Of a stretch of DNA of 64,000 nucleotides, positions 10,284-20,416 are shown piece after piece; positions within the stretch are counted from its first letter, which is position 1; each line of letters starts with the position of its first letter. A program made the position numbers and the translations under genes. Location: NCBI GenBank assembly GCA_963823665.1, contig CAWGMQ010000004.1, positions 160,001-224,000 of the forward strand, read 5' to 3'. The notes below the pieces were generated by a model. That model ran no database searches. It was not told the origin of the DNA and saw only the letters and a list, made by a program, of their open reading frames with translations. This DNA comes from an uncultured Planctomycetota bacterium. Lineage in GTDB: Bacteria; Planctomycetota; Planctomycetia; Isosphaerales; Isosphaeraceae.

Positions 10284-10748
10284 TCACGGCGACGGCAGCT
10301 CTGACGTTCGCACCAATTCTCCTCGGGGCTGCAGAATTCCGACCAGGCCGTCGAAGCGCCAGCGGCCGTCTTCGTAGATGAACTGGTAAACCGGGCCGAC
10401 CCTATTTGACGTGCATATCAGCACATTATTTCCTTCCCGCCAGGCCTTGAAGTTCTTGTTCAAGTTTCGCGGGAGATTGACGATGCCTCCCTCCGGCGCA
10501 ACCCGGAGCGGGTGCGCCTTCAAATATCGCTCTGAGCAGAGCAGGGCAGCCGCCTCGCGTCGCTGGCTATCCGTCAAGTCCGGGCGGTTGGCGATCGTGA
10601 AGAGCTCGGCGCAGGTTCGTAGTGCACCGCGCGTCGGTGCCGTTGTGATGATCTCCAACGCGAGACCGCCGAGCAATAACGCGGCAATGGCGACTGCGAT
10701 CACGGCGATGCGGGTACTGGACATCGACGGACTTTCCGATGCAATCAC
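10284..10748 (-). CDS. Hypothetical membrane-anchored protein
   Basis: N-terminal hydrophobic segment; overlaps stop of upstream GTPase gene. Confidence 0.65.
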   Translation of the reverse strand: MIASESPSMSSTRIAVIAVAIAALLLGGLALEIITTAPTRGALRTCAELFTIANRPDLTDSQRREAAALLCSERYLKAHPLRVAPEGGIVNLPRNLNKNFKAWREGNNVLICTSNRVGPVYQFIYEDGRWRFDGLVGILQPRGELVRTSELPSP

Positions 10749-12139
10749 TTCTTCAACCGTTTCTTCAAATCGTCTTTGAGCCGGTCAACGATGGAGTCGG
10801 CCTTGGCGTCTGCGAGGATCTGCTGGATGACCGTCTTGATGCCGCGGGGGCCCCACTGGCAGCCCTGTCTCAGGTAAGTCTTGGCGCCGTGGCCGAGGAC
10901 GTACGAAGTGGAGGCGGCCACCGAGGCCTGGGCCAGACCGAACACGCCGTAGCCCAAAGCGGTCAAGGGAGCGGCGAGGCCGCCGCTCAAGACGGTGACT
11001 CCGGCCAGCGACGATTTGATGCCGCTGTAGATCAAGCGGCCGATGATTCCGGCGGCACCCATGGCACCCAGGGCGAGCATCATGTCGCGGACCAGGCTGG
11101 CGGCCGTGCGTCTGGTCAGCGGAATACCGTAAACGTTGGAGAGCGCGACGATCATTCCGACGTCGATGGCCAGGCCGCCGGCGATGTCGACCATTGGGAT
11201 GGGGTTCAAGGCGACGGCGGCTCCGGTGGCCATGGCGAAGTTCCAGATGAGGCGGTTGGCCGCGTCATCGCGGATCCTGACCTTTCGCTCGATGATTTCG
11301 CTATGCAAATCGCCTGCGATCAAGAGTGTGTTCAAGGCAACGAGGGCTTTGCCTTCACGCTCGAGCACGTCGAGTATCCGGGCTTTGAGCGGTTCGATCA
11401 GGGGGGCGGGGCGTTCCCACTGAATCTGGCTCGAGCCGTCGGGAAGCTGGAGCTTGACCTTGAAAGCATCGGGCCGGGCGGCCGTCATGACGATGTCGTC
11501 GGGGCGGATCAGGTCCTTGACACGTTCGTCCTTGATCTTCGAGTAGATCTGGTCGCGATCGACTTCCGGGTAGCGATCGATCTGGTTGAAGACGAGGATG
11601 ATTGGCTTCTGGGCTTCGCGGAGCTCGGTGAGGGCTTCAATCTCGCTGCGCTGCATGTCACCGGAGACGACAAAGAGGAGCAAGTCGCTATGCCGGGCGA
11701 CGTCGCGGGCCAGGGCTTCACGGACTTCGCCGCCGACCTCGTCGATTCCGGGCGTGTCAACCACGATGAGGCGGGCACCTTCCAGGCCGGGGCGGCCGGC
11801 GGCGTCATGCTGCCAGCGCTGGGCGGCGCGCTGGACGGTGGTGCCGTGAGTTGCGCCGACGGCGAAGACATCCTGGCCCATGAGCGCGTTCAAGACGGAC
11901 GACTTGCCGCGGCTGACCATGCCGAAGGCGGCGATCTCGATTGTGGACTCCTCGAGCTTCTTACCCAGGTCGCGCAACTGGGCCAGCTCGCTCGAGAGCG
12001 CGGCCTCTTCCTCGGGCGTGAGCTTCAAGCTGGCGAGCGTCGCTTCGAGGCTCGCCTTGGCGCGTTCGACCGACTCGTCTTCGCCGGCGATGTGGGATTC
12101 GAGCTGGCCGAGGATTTCGCTCAACTCGGGGTCGGGCAT
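10745..12139 (-). CDS. Era/HSR1-like GTPase with DUF697 (YcjF-like) C-terminus
   Basis: G1 GMVSRGKSS, G3 DTPG, G4 NQID; C-terminal NPIPMVD hydrophobic domain. Confidence 0.88.
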   Translation of the reverse strand: MPDPELSEILGQLESHIAGEDESVERAKASLEATLASLKLTPEEEAALSSELAQLRDLGKKLEESTIEIAAFGMVSRGKSSVLNALMGQDVFAVGATHGTTVQRAAQRWQHDAAGRPGLEGARLIVVDTPGIDEVGGEVREALARDVARHSDLLLFVVSGDMQRSEIEALTELREAQKPIILVFNQIDRYPEVDRDQIYSKIKDERVKDLIRPDDIVMTAARPDAFKVKLQLPDGSSQIQWERPAPLIEPLKARILDVLEREGKALVALNTLLIAGDLHSEIIERKVRIRDDAANRLIWNFAMATGAAVALNPIPMVDIAGGLAIDVGMIVALSNVYGIPLTRRTAASLVRDMMLALGAMGAAGIIGRLIYSGIKSSLAGVTVLSGGLAAPLTALGYGVFGLAQASVAASTSYVLGHGAKTYLRQGCQWGPRGIKTVIQQILADAKADSIVDRLKDDLKKRLKK

Positions 12140-12151
12140 TAGATAAGCCTC

Positions 12152-13495
12152 TTATTGACTGGCCGCGCGGAGCGTTTGTTCGCACCACTGGGCCACGCGC
12201 AAGAGAGCAAGATCCGCGGAACACTGCTGGATGAGCTGCAGGGCGACGGGCAGGCCGTCGCCGGCCAGACCAGTGGGCACGGAGACGGTCGGCTGATGCG
12301 TGTAGCTCCACGGAGAATTAAAGGCAGGATCGCCGGTCGTGCTCGGGTCTGGGGCCGTGCCAATCGTCGCGGGGGTGATCAAGGCGTAAAGATCATGCTC
12401 GAAGAGGCAAGCCACGACGGCCTTCTCGGCTTTCGCCATGCCAGACTCAGCGGAGAGATAATCCGGCGCGCCGAGGGCTGCACCCTCCTCGACCAGCTCT
12501 CGAATTCGCGGCGGGTAATCTTCGGGCGCCTCTTCAAGCCATTGCAGGTGAATATGAGCCGCCTCAGCCGCCATGACGCGCCGATGGTCGATCACGATCT
12601 GGTCGAAGTCCACCGGGTCATCGATCGGAACGATTTCTGCTCCCGCTGCCGCGAGCGCACGGGTCGCTTCATGGAACGCGCTGGCCACGACGGAGCTCGC
12701 TCGCCGGTCGAAGAAGCCACGCAACTGTCCGAGTCGAATTGGTCTGCCCAGGAATGTGGGTGGACCTTCCAGAAGTGTGAGCGACTTACCGAGTCCAACA
12801 AACATGAGCCGAAGGTCGTCGACCTCGCGAGCGATCGGGCCGACGTGATCCAGACTCGGCGCCAGGGGAAACACGCCTTTGGTAGAGACGAACGTTCGGG
12901 TCGGCTTCAAACCGGCGACGCCACAAAAGGAGGCAGGCCGGGTGATCGATCCGCCAGTCTGGCTGCCGACTGCACCGTAGCACATGCCACAAGCAACCGC
13001 CGCGGCCGAGCCGCTCGAGGAGCCGCCGGGTGTTCGGTCGAGATTCCAGGGGTTGCGCGTGACGGGAGGGTCGATCCAGGCGTATGGGGTCGTGACCGTC
13101 TTGCCCATGATCACCGCGCCGGATTCGCGGAGATTCGCCACGACATTGGCATCCGTTTCCGCGATACGATTCGCCCAGCGCTTCGACCCGCAGGCCGTCG
13201 GCAGTCCGGCGACGTCGATGATGTCTTTGATGCCGATTGGAATGCCATGCAGCGGCCCACGGTCGTTCCCGGCTCTGAGCTCGTCGTCGAGCGCGCGCGC
13301 CTGTTTCCTCGCATTATCGCGATCAAGAATCACCCAGGCGTGCACATTTGGCTCCCACTCTTCCACTTGCTCGAGGCAGCTCTCGAGGATATGGGCGCAC
13401 GAAGTTCGTCTATCGCGCAGGGCGCGGCCGGCGCCTGCGATCGTTTGATCGGCATTCGGAATGAGCCGGGGATAGTCGGATGGCGATTTCGACAT
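12152..13495 (-). CDS. Amidase signature family protein
   Basis: GIKD, TPGGSSSGSAAAVA and GSQTGGSI motifs. Confidence 0.9.
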   Translation of the reverse strand: MSKSPSDYPRLIPNADQTIAGAGRALRDRRTSCAHILESCLEQVEEWEPNVHAWVILDRDNARKQARALDDELRAGNDRGPLHGIPIGIKDIIDVAGLPTACGSKRWANRIAETDANVVANLRESGAVIMGKTVTTPYAWIDPPVTRNPWNLDRTPGGSSSGSAAAVACGMCYGAVGSQTGGSITRPASFCGVAGLKPTRTFVSTKGVFPLAPSLDHVGPIAREVDDLRLMFVGLGKSLTLLEGPPTFLGRPIRLGQLRGFFDRRASSVVASAFHEATRALAAAGAEIVPIDDPVDFDQIVIDHRRVMAAEAAHIHLQWLEEAPEDYPPRIRELVEEGAALGAPDYLSAESGMAKAEKAVVACLFEHDLYALITPATIGTAPDPSTTGDPAFNSPWSYTHQPTVSVPTGLAGDGLPVALQLIQQCSADLALLRVAQWCEQTLRAASQ

Positions 13496-13507
13496 GAAGC
13501 TCCTCAC

Positions 13508-15067
13508 CTAGGGTTTTCGTGCGGGCTGCTCGGAAGTTTTTCCGGCTGCTTGCAAGATCTTGGCCGAGACTCGTTGCACCGCCTGCTTGGCGAAATCCTG
13601 GAGGAATTCACCGCGGCTGGTCAGGTCGAACTGGCGGATGAGTGCGGCCTGCATGCCTCCGTCGCCCCAGGTCTGCCCCTGGCGGAAGTATTCGGAGAAC
13701 GCCTCGCCCGAAACGTGGGTCAGGTAGGCCATCGACACAGCCTGGACGGCTCCCGCGGCGGCGTAGCCGACCAGCGACGACTTGAAGATTCCCGCGACCA
13801 GGGAGGTCGCGGTCTCGACCAGGCCGAGCTTCAAGAGCATCTGGACCATCTGGCCGCCGACCATCCGGACGTGGGATGCGGAGAGCTGCACGCCGTAGAC
13901 ACCGGCGAGCTCCGAGATCATCTGAAGCTGGACGGCGCCATTGGCCACCAGCTCCAGCGCGGGGAACGGGTTGGCGAACACGGTTCCCGCGGTGATCCAC
14001 TGAAACTTCTCGACGACATTTTCCGCCCGTCGATCGCGTTCGACCGTGAGCTGCTCCTGGGCCTTCTTGGTGAGCAAGTGGGCTCGCAGCAGCAGATTGC
14101 CCGCGCGGAGCGACTCGCCTTCCTGCTCGATGATCCTGGCGATGCGGCTGCGCAGAGCTCTCAACTCGGGCGGCACATCATCGAGCTGCGTTTCGACCGT
14201 GCCGTCGGGCTTCTGTACACGGATGTTGAGCGGCCGAGGCGAGGCGGCGCCCGAAACGATGTCATCCGGCGGCACCAGCCCGCGGAGTCGCTCCTTGAGC
14301 TTCGCCAGGATCGCGGCGCTATCCGGCTCGCTGAACCGATCGGTCTTGTTGAAAAAGACGATCGACCGCTTTCCCTGGCGCACCAGGGCCGAGAGCGGCT
14401 CAAATTCGGTGCGGACGAGGTCGTGGTCGAGAACGAAGATCAGCAGGTCGGCGCGCGCGGCCAGGTCGCGAGCTTCCTGTTCGCGGGCCGAACCCGCTTC
14501 GCCGATCTCGGAGAGTCCCGGCGTATCGGTGAGGAACAGGCTGCCGTCGACTCCGTCCAAGGAGTACGTGTGATTCTCGGCCTTTCGGGTCGTGCCCATG
14601 ACGGCTTCGCTCTTGCCGGCCTCGCGGCCCAACAGCGCACTGGCGAGCGAGGTCTTGCCGGCGGATCCCGTGCCGAAGATGACGACCCGAAACTCGCGGC
14701 GATGGCGACCGGCTCGAATCTCGGAGAGCTCCTGGGCAAGTCCGGCGCGGGCCGACGGGTCTCCCACCTGGCGGATCACACCTTCGGCCTGGTCGGTCTG
14801 GACCGACGCGGCTTCGATCACGCCGGCGGGCGCCCGAGCGCCCTCCGTCGCGGCGTTCCTGGTAACCCAGAGCATCCGACCGACCCAGACCGTCGCGAGC
14901 GCGAGCAACACGATCAGCACGATCAAGAACGCAATGCCGAGGCCCCGCGATTGCCGCGAGAAGCGGTCGTGCAGCTCGACAAGCGAGCTGAGCAGCCAGC
15001 CGGAGGCGCCAAGCAGCACGACCAGGAACACCAGTCCGAGCAGCAGGTACGAGGGTCGCGTTCGCAT
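13508..15067 (-). CDS. Second Era-like GTPase with DUF697 and N-terminal TM helices
   Basis: GTGSAGKTS, DTPG, NKTD; NPFPALE motif. Confidence 0.88.
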   Translation of the reverse strand: MRTRPSYLLLGLVFLVVLLGASGWLLSSLVELHDRFSRQSRGLGIAFLIVLIVLLALATVWVGRMLWVTRNAATEGARAPAGVIEAASVQTDQAEGVIRQVGDPSARAGLAQELSEIRAGRHRREFRVVIFGTGSAGKTSLASALLGREAGKSEAVMGTTRKAENHTYSLDGVDGSLFLTDTPGLSEIGEAGSAREQEARDLAARADLLIFVLDHDLVRTEFEPLSALVRQGKRSIVFFNKTDRFSEPDSAAILAKLKERLRGLVPPDDIVSGAASPRPLNIRVQKPDGTVETQLDDVPPELRALRSRIARIIEQEGESLRAGNLLLRAHLLTKKAQEQLTVERDRRAENVVEKFQWITAGTVFANPFPALELVANGAVQLQMISELAGVYGVQLSASHVRMVGGQMVQMLLKLGLVETATSLVAGIFKSSLVGYAAAGAVQAVSMAYLTHVSGEAFSEYFRQGQTWGDGGMQAALIRQFDLTSRGEFLQDFAKQAVQRVSAKILQAAGKTSEQPARKP

Positions 15068-15337
15068 GCGATTGGATCGAATTCGAGGCCCTGGCCTACG
15101 GCTCTAGTGGCTCGACGGACCATCGCGAAGATGGACCTGGAGTCGGTCAGGCGGCCGTGGGCTCTCCTGTCACAGTTCGATTGTGACAGGATTGTGTCCC
15201 GGTTGCACCAACAGATGGTGATCAGAATTCGAAAACAGGAGATGACGCGAGGTGGGACAAAACAAAAAGCAACCCGGACCGCTCTCGAGGGAGAGCGGCC
15301 CGAGCTGCGAGATCGATCGCCGAGCGCTTCGACGAGT

Positions 15338-16195
15338 TCAGCGGCGAATCCAGTTCAATCCGAGGTTGTTGAACAGACCACTCAGAAAGCCGCGACGCGG
15401 TGCCGAATTGGCGGGCACCGGTTGTGTTGGGGCTCCGTCGGCCGTGATCGTGGTGTTCTGGGCGGCCTGAGTACCGAATGCATCATCCGCACGCGCGACT
15501 GGCGGAACAGTGATATCGCCGACGGACAAAATCGGACCGTCGTCGTCGTCGCGCGGCGAACGGTTGGCCTGCGTGCCTTCGAGCCGAACGGGTTGCTCCG
15601 GCGCGGAGAGTTCCGGGCTGCCTTCGCCGGTGAGAGGGCTTGCCGGTTGGGCACGTCCGGTCCGAGGTGCAGCGGGCGCGGCTCCTGGATTACTGGCTGG
15701 GTTCGCGTCGGGTTGCTCGAAAGGGTCCGGCTGCCTCGGATTCTGGCGCGGCGCGGCGGGATTGGACGGCCGGTCGCCCCCGGGCGGGACGGGCGTGTCA
15801 AATGGCGAACGCTCGCGACCGGGAAGTGCCGGAATGTCTGGCTGGCCCAGAGGCTGTTCGCCTTCCGGCATTTCCTCGGTTTCACCCGAGGGCGCGGTGC
15901 CGCCTGCCCCGAGTTTCACATCTTTGAACGCCTTCTCGACGTTCGGCTTCTCAGGGCTCGGGCACCCCCAGCCCGACGGGAACGGCCGCCAGCAGGGCGG
16001 GTGGTATCCGAAGTACTTGTCCTTGTAGAGCTTGTAGACGGGATCTTCCTGATCGCACGGTACCCGCTGCCGTTTGATCGGTTTCAGGGGAAACAAGCCT
16101 GATTGTTGTGCTCGCGCGAGCTCCGGCATGCTCACGATCAACGTCAGCACGGCCAGAACCAGCCCGCATCCTCGGATCTTTGACTTCGTTCTCAT
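15338..16195 (-). CDS. Secreted Pro-rich hypothetical protein
   Basis: Signal peptide ending ARA; YFGYHPPCWRPFP motif; low-complexity tail. Confidence 0.7.
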   Translation of the reverse strand: MRTKSKIRGCGLVLAVLTLIVSMPELARAQQSGLFPLKPIKRQRVPCDQEDPVYKLYKDKYFGYHPPCWRPFPSGWGCPSPEKPNVEKAFKDVKLGAGGTAPSGETEEMPEGEQPLGQPDIPALPGRERSPFDTPVPPGGDRPSNPAAPRQNPRQPDPFEQPDANPASNPGAAPAAPRTGRAQPASPLTGEGSPELSAPEQPVRLEGTQANRSPRDDDDGPILSVGDITVPPVARADDAFGTQAAQNTTITADGAPTQPVPANSAPRRGFLSGLFNNLGLNWIRR

Positions 16196-16483
16196 CCTCG
16201 CCTCGTCCTGTCGCGTTGACCTGGGTCGCCCCCGAGATGGCGGAGGCAGTCCCTCTCCTTAATCGATCCTGATTCGTTCGATCGGGTCACCCGCGTCTAG
16301 TGCTTCAGAGAAACTGGGAAAAACAGTAAAACTTCGGGTTTTACGTAATTAACGAATACAGGGTATTCGCGGAAGAGACGGTTTTTGAGTGTTTTCGGGC
16401 CGTTGGCGGAGTCGAAAGTATGAACCAAAGGCGCCGTTCGGCTTGGAAGCCGCCGGTGGAATGTGGAAAAGGAGCGAAGTTCG

Positions 16484-17083
16484 ATGACCGCGAGATCGAT
16501 TCGAACAAGTTGGCTCGGGTGGGCGTGTGTGGGCATGCTCGCGTTGAATGTGGAGGCCCGGGCACAGTCGGCCTCATCGGCAGCGCAATCGGCCCAGTCT
16601 GCCGCCAATTTCCAAAACATGACCATGGGGATGGGTTTCATGCCGATGCCGGGAATGTTCGGGTCTCCCACACTTAGCCCCACCGATGCTGCCGCACTCG
16701 GAATGCCTGGCCGCCCCGGCGGCGGCATGATGGGTATGGCTGGCACGACGATGAGCAACCCGTTCATGAACCCGATGGCGTCGCCACTCCTCTACGGCAG
16801 CATGTTTCCCATGACGCAACAGCAGGCGGGGGTAATGATGCTTGCGGGACAGGCACAGATCCTGGGAATAGGGTCCGGGCAATTGAGTGGCGTGCCGCCC
16901 GGCGCGGCCTCCGCTGGGGGGGTGCGAGCCCGCCAGAGGCAAACCGTCACTGGCGTGCGCGGCACGACCCGTCAGCCCGGCGGCCTGGCGGCCCGTTATT
17001 TCAATCGCACAGCGCAGAGGCCGCGCATCCCGCAAGGCTTCTACAACCGGCCGAATCAGCATTATCCGCAAGTTGCGAGATGA
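16484..17083 (+). CDS. Secreted Met/Gly/Pro-rich hypothetical protein
   Basis: AAGGAG RBS, signal peptide ending ARA. Confidence 0.6.
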   Translation: MTARSIRTSWLGWACVGMLALNVEARAQSASSAAQSAQSAANFQNMTMGMGFMPMPGMFGSPTLSPTDAAALGMPGRPGGGMMGMAGTTMSNPFMNPMASPLLYGSMFPMTQQQAGVMMLAGQAQILGIGSGQLSGVPPGAASAGGVRARQRQTVTGVRGTTRQPGGLAARYFNRTAQRPRIPQGFYNRPNQHYPQVAR

Positions 17084-17318
17084 GAATATTCTGGGTGGTT
17101 TCGATTTGAGCGAACGGGTGATTGTGTCGATTGTATCTCTTGTCAAGACCGATCCGGCGCTTTTCGGATCGGCCGTTCCTGCGGAAGCGAGTTTGACGGT
17201 GAACAGCCTGCCTTCGCGATGGGTCAGGCGCCCGGGAATTGTCTCCGGGTGCATCGAATTGCTCAAGCCCAGTCGGCGGGTGTTCGGCCGATGTCAGAAT
17301 GCCGGGAGGAAGTGTTGT

Positions 17319-18266
17319 ATGGATACTGCAAGAATCGTCTACCGAAGAGCCGGCTGGCTGGCACTTCTGGCATTTTTCGCCGCGTGTGGATGCCAGACGG
17401 TAAAGACACCCGAGGAAAAAATCGCGAACAGCAACATTCCGAACGAGTTCAAGAAAGTGTCGATGCCCGACTATGTGGTCGAGCCGCCGGACTTGATCCT
17501 CGTGGAACTGCTGGAAGGCCTTCCGGGCCGGCCGATATCCGGTGAGCGTCTCGTCAGGCCCGACGGCAAGATCTCGCTTGGCTGGTACGGCGATGTTTAC
17601 GTCGCCGGACTTACTGTTCCGGAAGTGAAGGAGAAGATCGTCCTTCACCTCCGCAAGTTCCTCCAGGACGAACAACTGGGCTTGGTCAAGGGGAACGACG
17701 AGACCGGCGAGTGGGACAAGGATCCCAAGACGGGCGAACTCATCCGGATCGAACCGCGGGACTCCGACCGGTTGTTCGTGGACGTAACAGCCTACAACAG
17801 CAAGAACTACTACATCCTGGGCGACGTGGCTGTACCGGGTAAGTTGCCGATTACCGGCAATGAAACGGTACTCGATGCGATCAACTACGCGAACGGGCTG
17901 ATGCCGACCGCCGCCCCACAGAACATCCGGCTCGTCCGCCCGGCTCCTCCAGGTGCCTGTTGCGAGCAGATTCTGCCGGTCAACCTGGCCGCCATCACAA
18001 GCGGGGGCGACCCCACCACGAATTACCAGCTCATGCCGGGTGATCGAATCGTCGTCTATCGCGACCCGATCGTGAGACTCACGGTGTTCATTGACCGTCT
18101 GGCCGCTCCGTTCCAGACCGTCATCGGGTCGATGTTGCAGACAGCCTTCACGATCCGAGCCGTCAAGTTTGCCACACTGCCCGCGACGGCAGGTGCCGCC
18201 GGGGCCGCAGGCACAACCGCTCGTGCGCCGATCACCAACTTGCCCCTCGAGCCTGGGGCCAGGTGA
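17319..18266 (+). CDS. Polysaccharide export lipoprotein (Wza-like, Poly_export + SLBB)
   Basis: Lipobox-like AACGC; YVVEPPD, VRPDGKISL, VAGLT, NYQLMPGDRI motifs; GGGAGG RBS. Confidence 0.88.
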   Translation: MDTARIVYRRAGWLALLAFFAACGCQTVKTPEEKIANSNIPNEFKKVSMPDYVVEPPDLILVELLEGLPGRPISGERLVRPDGKISLGWYGDVYVAGLTVPEVKEKIVLHLRKFLQDEQLGLVKGNDETGEWDKDPKTGELIRIEPRDSDRLFVDVTAYNSKNYYILGDVAVPGKLPITGNETVLDAINYANGLMPTAAPQNIRLVRPAPPGACCEQILPVNLAAITSGGDPTTNYQLMPGDRIVVYRDPIVRLTVFIDRLAAPFQTVIGSMLQTAFTIRAVKFATLPATAGAAGAAGTTARAPITNLPLEPGAR

Positions 18267-18476
18267 TTCAACTGGGTTGATCGTTTCGGCAACACACGAG
18301 ACGCTGGTGTGAACACAAGCAGAAAAGTCTGGTACGGCCGGCTCTTCGCGAAGCGATCGCGAGAGACCGGCCGCACCGCGCTTTGCCCTCCGAACGACAC
18401 CGTCGCTCGGAACCGTGGTGGACGGAATTCCCGATTTATGGTTACTTTCGTGCACCGTACTCGAAAGGAAGGACAT

Positions 18477-19226
18477 TTGGCGACGACCGTAGCTCCGCCT
18501 CAAGAACTGGCCAGCGCTCAATCCGGCCGGCGAGCGGCCCGGTTCAAACTCTGGAAGCTGGCGGCGACGGTCGTCTTGCTCGGCGGTGTGACCGTTTCGT
18601 GGGTGCTCCGCCGCCCGTTGTTCGAAGGAAACCTTGGGGTCGTCGACGATGGGGTCGTCATTCGCTCGGCACAGCCCACGACGCAACTGGCCGATTGGGC
18701 ACGCCAGTTTCGGCTCATGTCGGTGTTGAACCTGCGAGGGGGCGGAACTGGCGACTGGTGGTACGGCAACGAGATTCGCCGTGCGAACGAAAGCGGACTC
18801 ACGTACTACGATCTTCCCTTGAGCGCGACGCGCCGGCCGACGCGCCGCGAGCTCTTGCAGTTGATTGACCTGCTCGACCACTGTAGTTATCCCTTGCTGA
18901 TTCACTGCAAGTCGGGTGCTGACCGCACCGGACTGGCCTCAGCAGTCTACCGGATGGTGCGGCGGGACGAGGCTCCCGAAATCGCGCTCAGCTCGTTCTC
19001 GATCGAATTCGGCCACATCCCGCTGTTCGGCACCGAACATCTCCACGAACCCCTGCAGGAGTATGCCGCGTGGCTCGAGGGGGCCGGGCTGGCCCATTCT
19101 CCTGATCGGTTTCGTGCCTGGGTCAAAAACGAATACGTTGCCAGCGATCCGCCGGCCGATCCACCTCTGATTATGCCGGGTCCAAGAGCGCGGCACTCCG
19201 GAGGCGGCGACGCAACGTCGCTCTAG
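18477..19226 (+). CDS. Cys-based protein tyrosine / dual-specificity phosphatase
   Basis: HCKSGADRTG (CX5R) active site, RSAQP; TTG start after AAGGA. Confidence 0.85.
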   Translation: MATTVAPPQELASAQSGRRAARFKLWKLAATVVLLGGVTVSWVLRRPLFEGNLGVVDDGVVIRSAQPTTQLADWARQFRLMSVLNLRGGGTGDWWYGNEIRRANESGLTYYDLPLSATRRPTRRELLQLIDLLDHCSYPLLIHCKSGADRTGLASAVYRMVRRDEAPEIALSSFSIEFGHIPLFGTEHLHEPLQEYAAWLEGAGLAHSPDRFRAWVKNEYVASDPPADPPLIMPGPRARHSGGGDATSL

Positions 19227-20416
19227 TAGAGCAAGTATCGTGACCGCACCTTATGAAAATCCGCAATTTCGCCGTCCCAGCGCGACATGATCTCCCCGAG
19301 CGGCCGGCCCGCGAGAATTGCCTCGTAAGTCGCCCGGTCGGCGAGCAGGCGCTTGAGCCCCTCGGGCTTCCACTTCTCGGGGTACAGCCGGCGCAGCTCC
19401 AGGGCCAGAAGCGTTCCCACCTTGAGCGGGTCGAACGCATCCCAGCTCGTCACCAGGATCTGCACTCCTCCACAGCGTTCGCCGGCATACTGACGCTCGC
19501 GCGGGGTGAAGTAAATCGGAACGAACCGCACCCCGGGAACGGCCGCACTGGAGAGTGCCGCCGCAAATGCTTGCGGGTCAATCCAGGGCGCTCCGACGCG
19601 CTCGAAGGGCGCATCCGTGCCGCGGCCGGTGGCGAGATTCGTCGCCTCGAGCAGCCCAACGCCCGGATAAAGCAGCGCCTCGGTCAGGCTGCGCATGTTG
19701 GGCGAGGGATTGATCCAGACTAGGCCCGTACGATCGTACAGTTGGTCGCGATTCCAGCCGCGGCAGCGAATCACCTCGAGCGATGCACCGAGCTTGCGCT
19801 CGGCGTTATAGAGCAGCGCCAGCTCGCCGACGGTCATCCCATGCCGCACCGGAAGGGCGTGGTACGCGATGAACGATGCAAATTCCGCGTCGCGCACCGG
19901 CCCGGAGGAGATCCGGCCGCCGATCGGGTTCGGACGGTCGAGCACCAAGAGCTGCTTCTTCGATTCGGCGGCCGCCTCGAGTACGAGGCCAAGCGTCGAA
20001 ATATATGTATAAAAACGCGTGCCGACATCCTGGATGTCGTAGACGAGCGCATCCAGGTCCACGAGGTCTTCTTTCCGCGGCTTCCGCTCCTTGCCGTAGA
20101 GACTCACGATCGGCAGGCCGGTCGCGCGATCTTGTCCGTCGGGCACCTCCTTATCAAGCTCGCCGCGAATCCCGTGCTCGGGACTGAAAAGCTTGACCAA
20201 TTTCACATCTGGTGCATGAAAGAGAACGTCGATGGACGACTTGCCGTCTCGTGTCACACCGGTGTGATTGGTGACGAGCCCGATTCTCTTCCCGCGCAAC
20301 GGGCGAAATCCGTCGACGACCAGAACGTCGATCCCGCATTGCACGGGTTCGACGCCAGGGAGACTGGTTTCGTGGGCAGCCGCCGATCCCGCGAGCACCG
20401 CAAGCCAGAGAATCAT
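19223..20416 (-). CDS. Exo-beta-N-acetylmuramidase NamZ-like (DUF1343)
   Basis: GLVTNHTG, FSPEHG, DIQDVGTRFYTY, DRPNP, RHGMTVGE and PSPN motifs; internal signal peptide MILWLAVLAGSAAA. Confidence 0.88.
   Translation of the reverse strand: MILWLAVLAGSAAAHETSLPGVEPVQCGIDVLVVDGFRPLRGKRIGLVTNHTGVTRDGKSSIDVLFHAPDVKLVKLFSPEHGIRGELDKEVPDGQDRATGLPIVSLYGKERKPRKEDLVDLDALVYDIQDVGTRFYTYISTLGLVLEAAAESKKQLLVLDRPNPIGGRISSGPVRDAEFASFIAYHALPVRHGMTVGELALLYNAERKLGASLEVIRCRGWNRDQLYDRTGLVWINPSPNMRSLTEALLYPGVGLLEATNLATGRGTDAPFERVGAPWIDPQAFAAALSSAAVPGVRFVPIYFTPRERQYAGERCGGVQILVTSWDAFDPLKVGTLLALELRRLYPEKWKPEGLKRLLADRATYEAILAGRPLGEIMSRWDGEIADFHKVRSRYLLY

Noticed and set aside
12155..16102. 1315-aa plus-strand ORF and other long antisense ORFs (e.g. 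17001..18905, 8459..9874, 29909..31297)
   Set aside because: Shadow ORFs opposite well-supported genes in GC-rich DNA; no recognisable motifs
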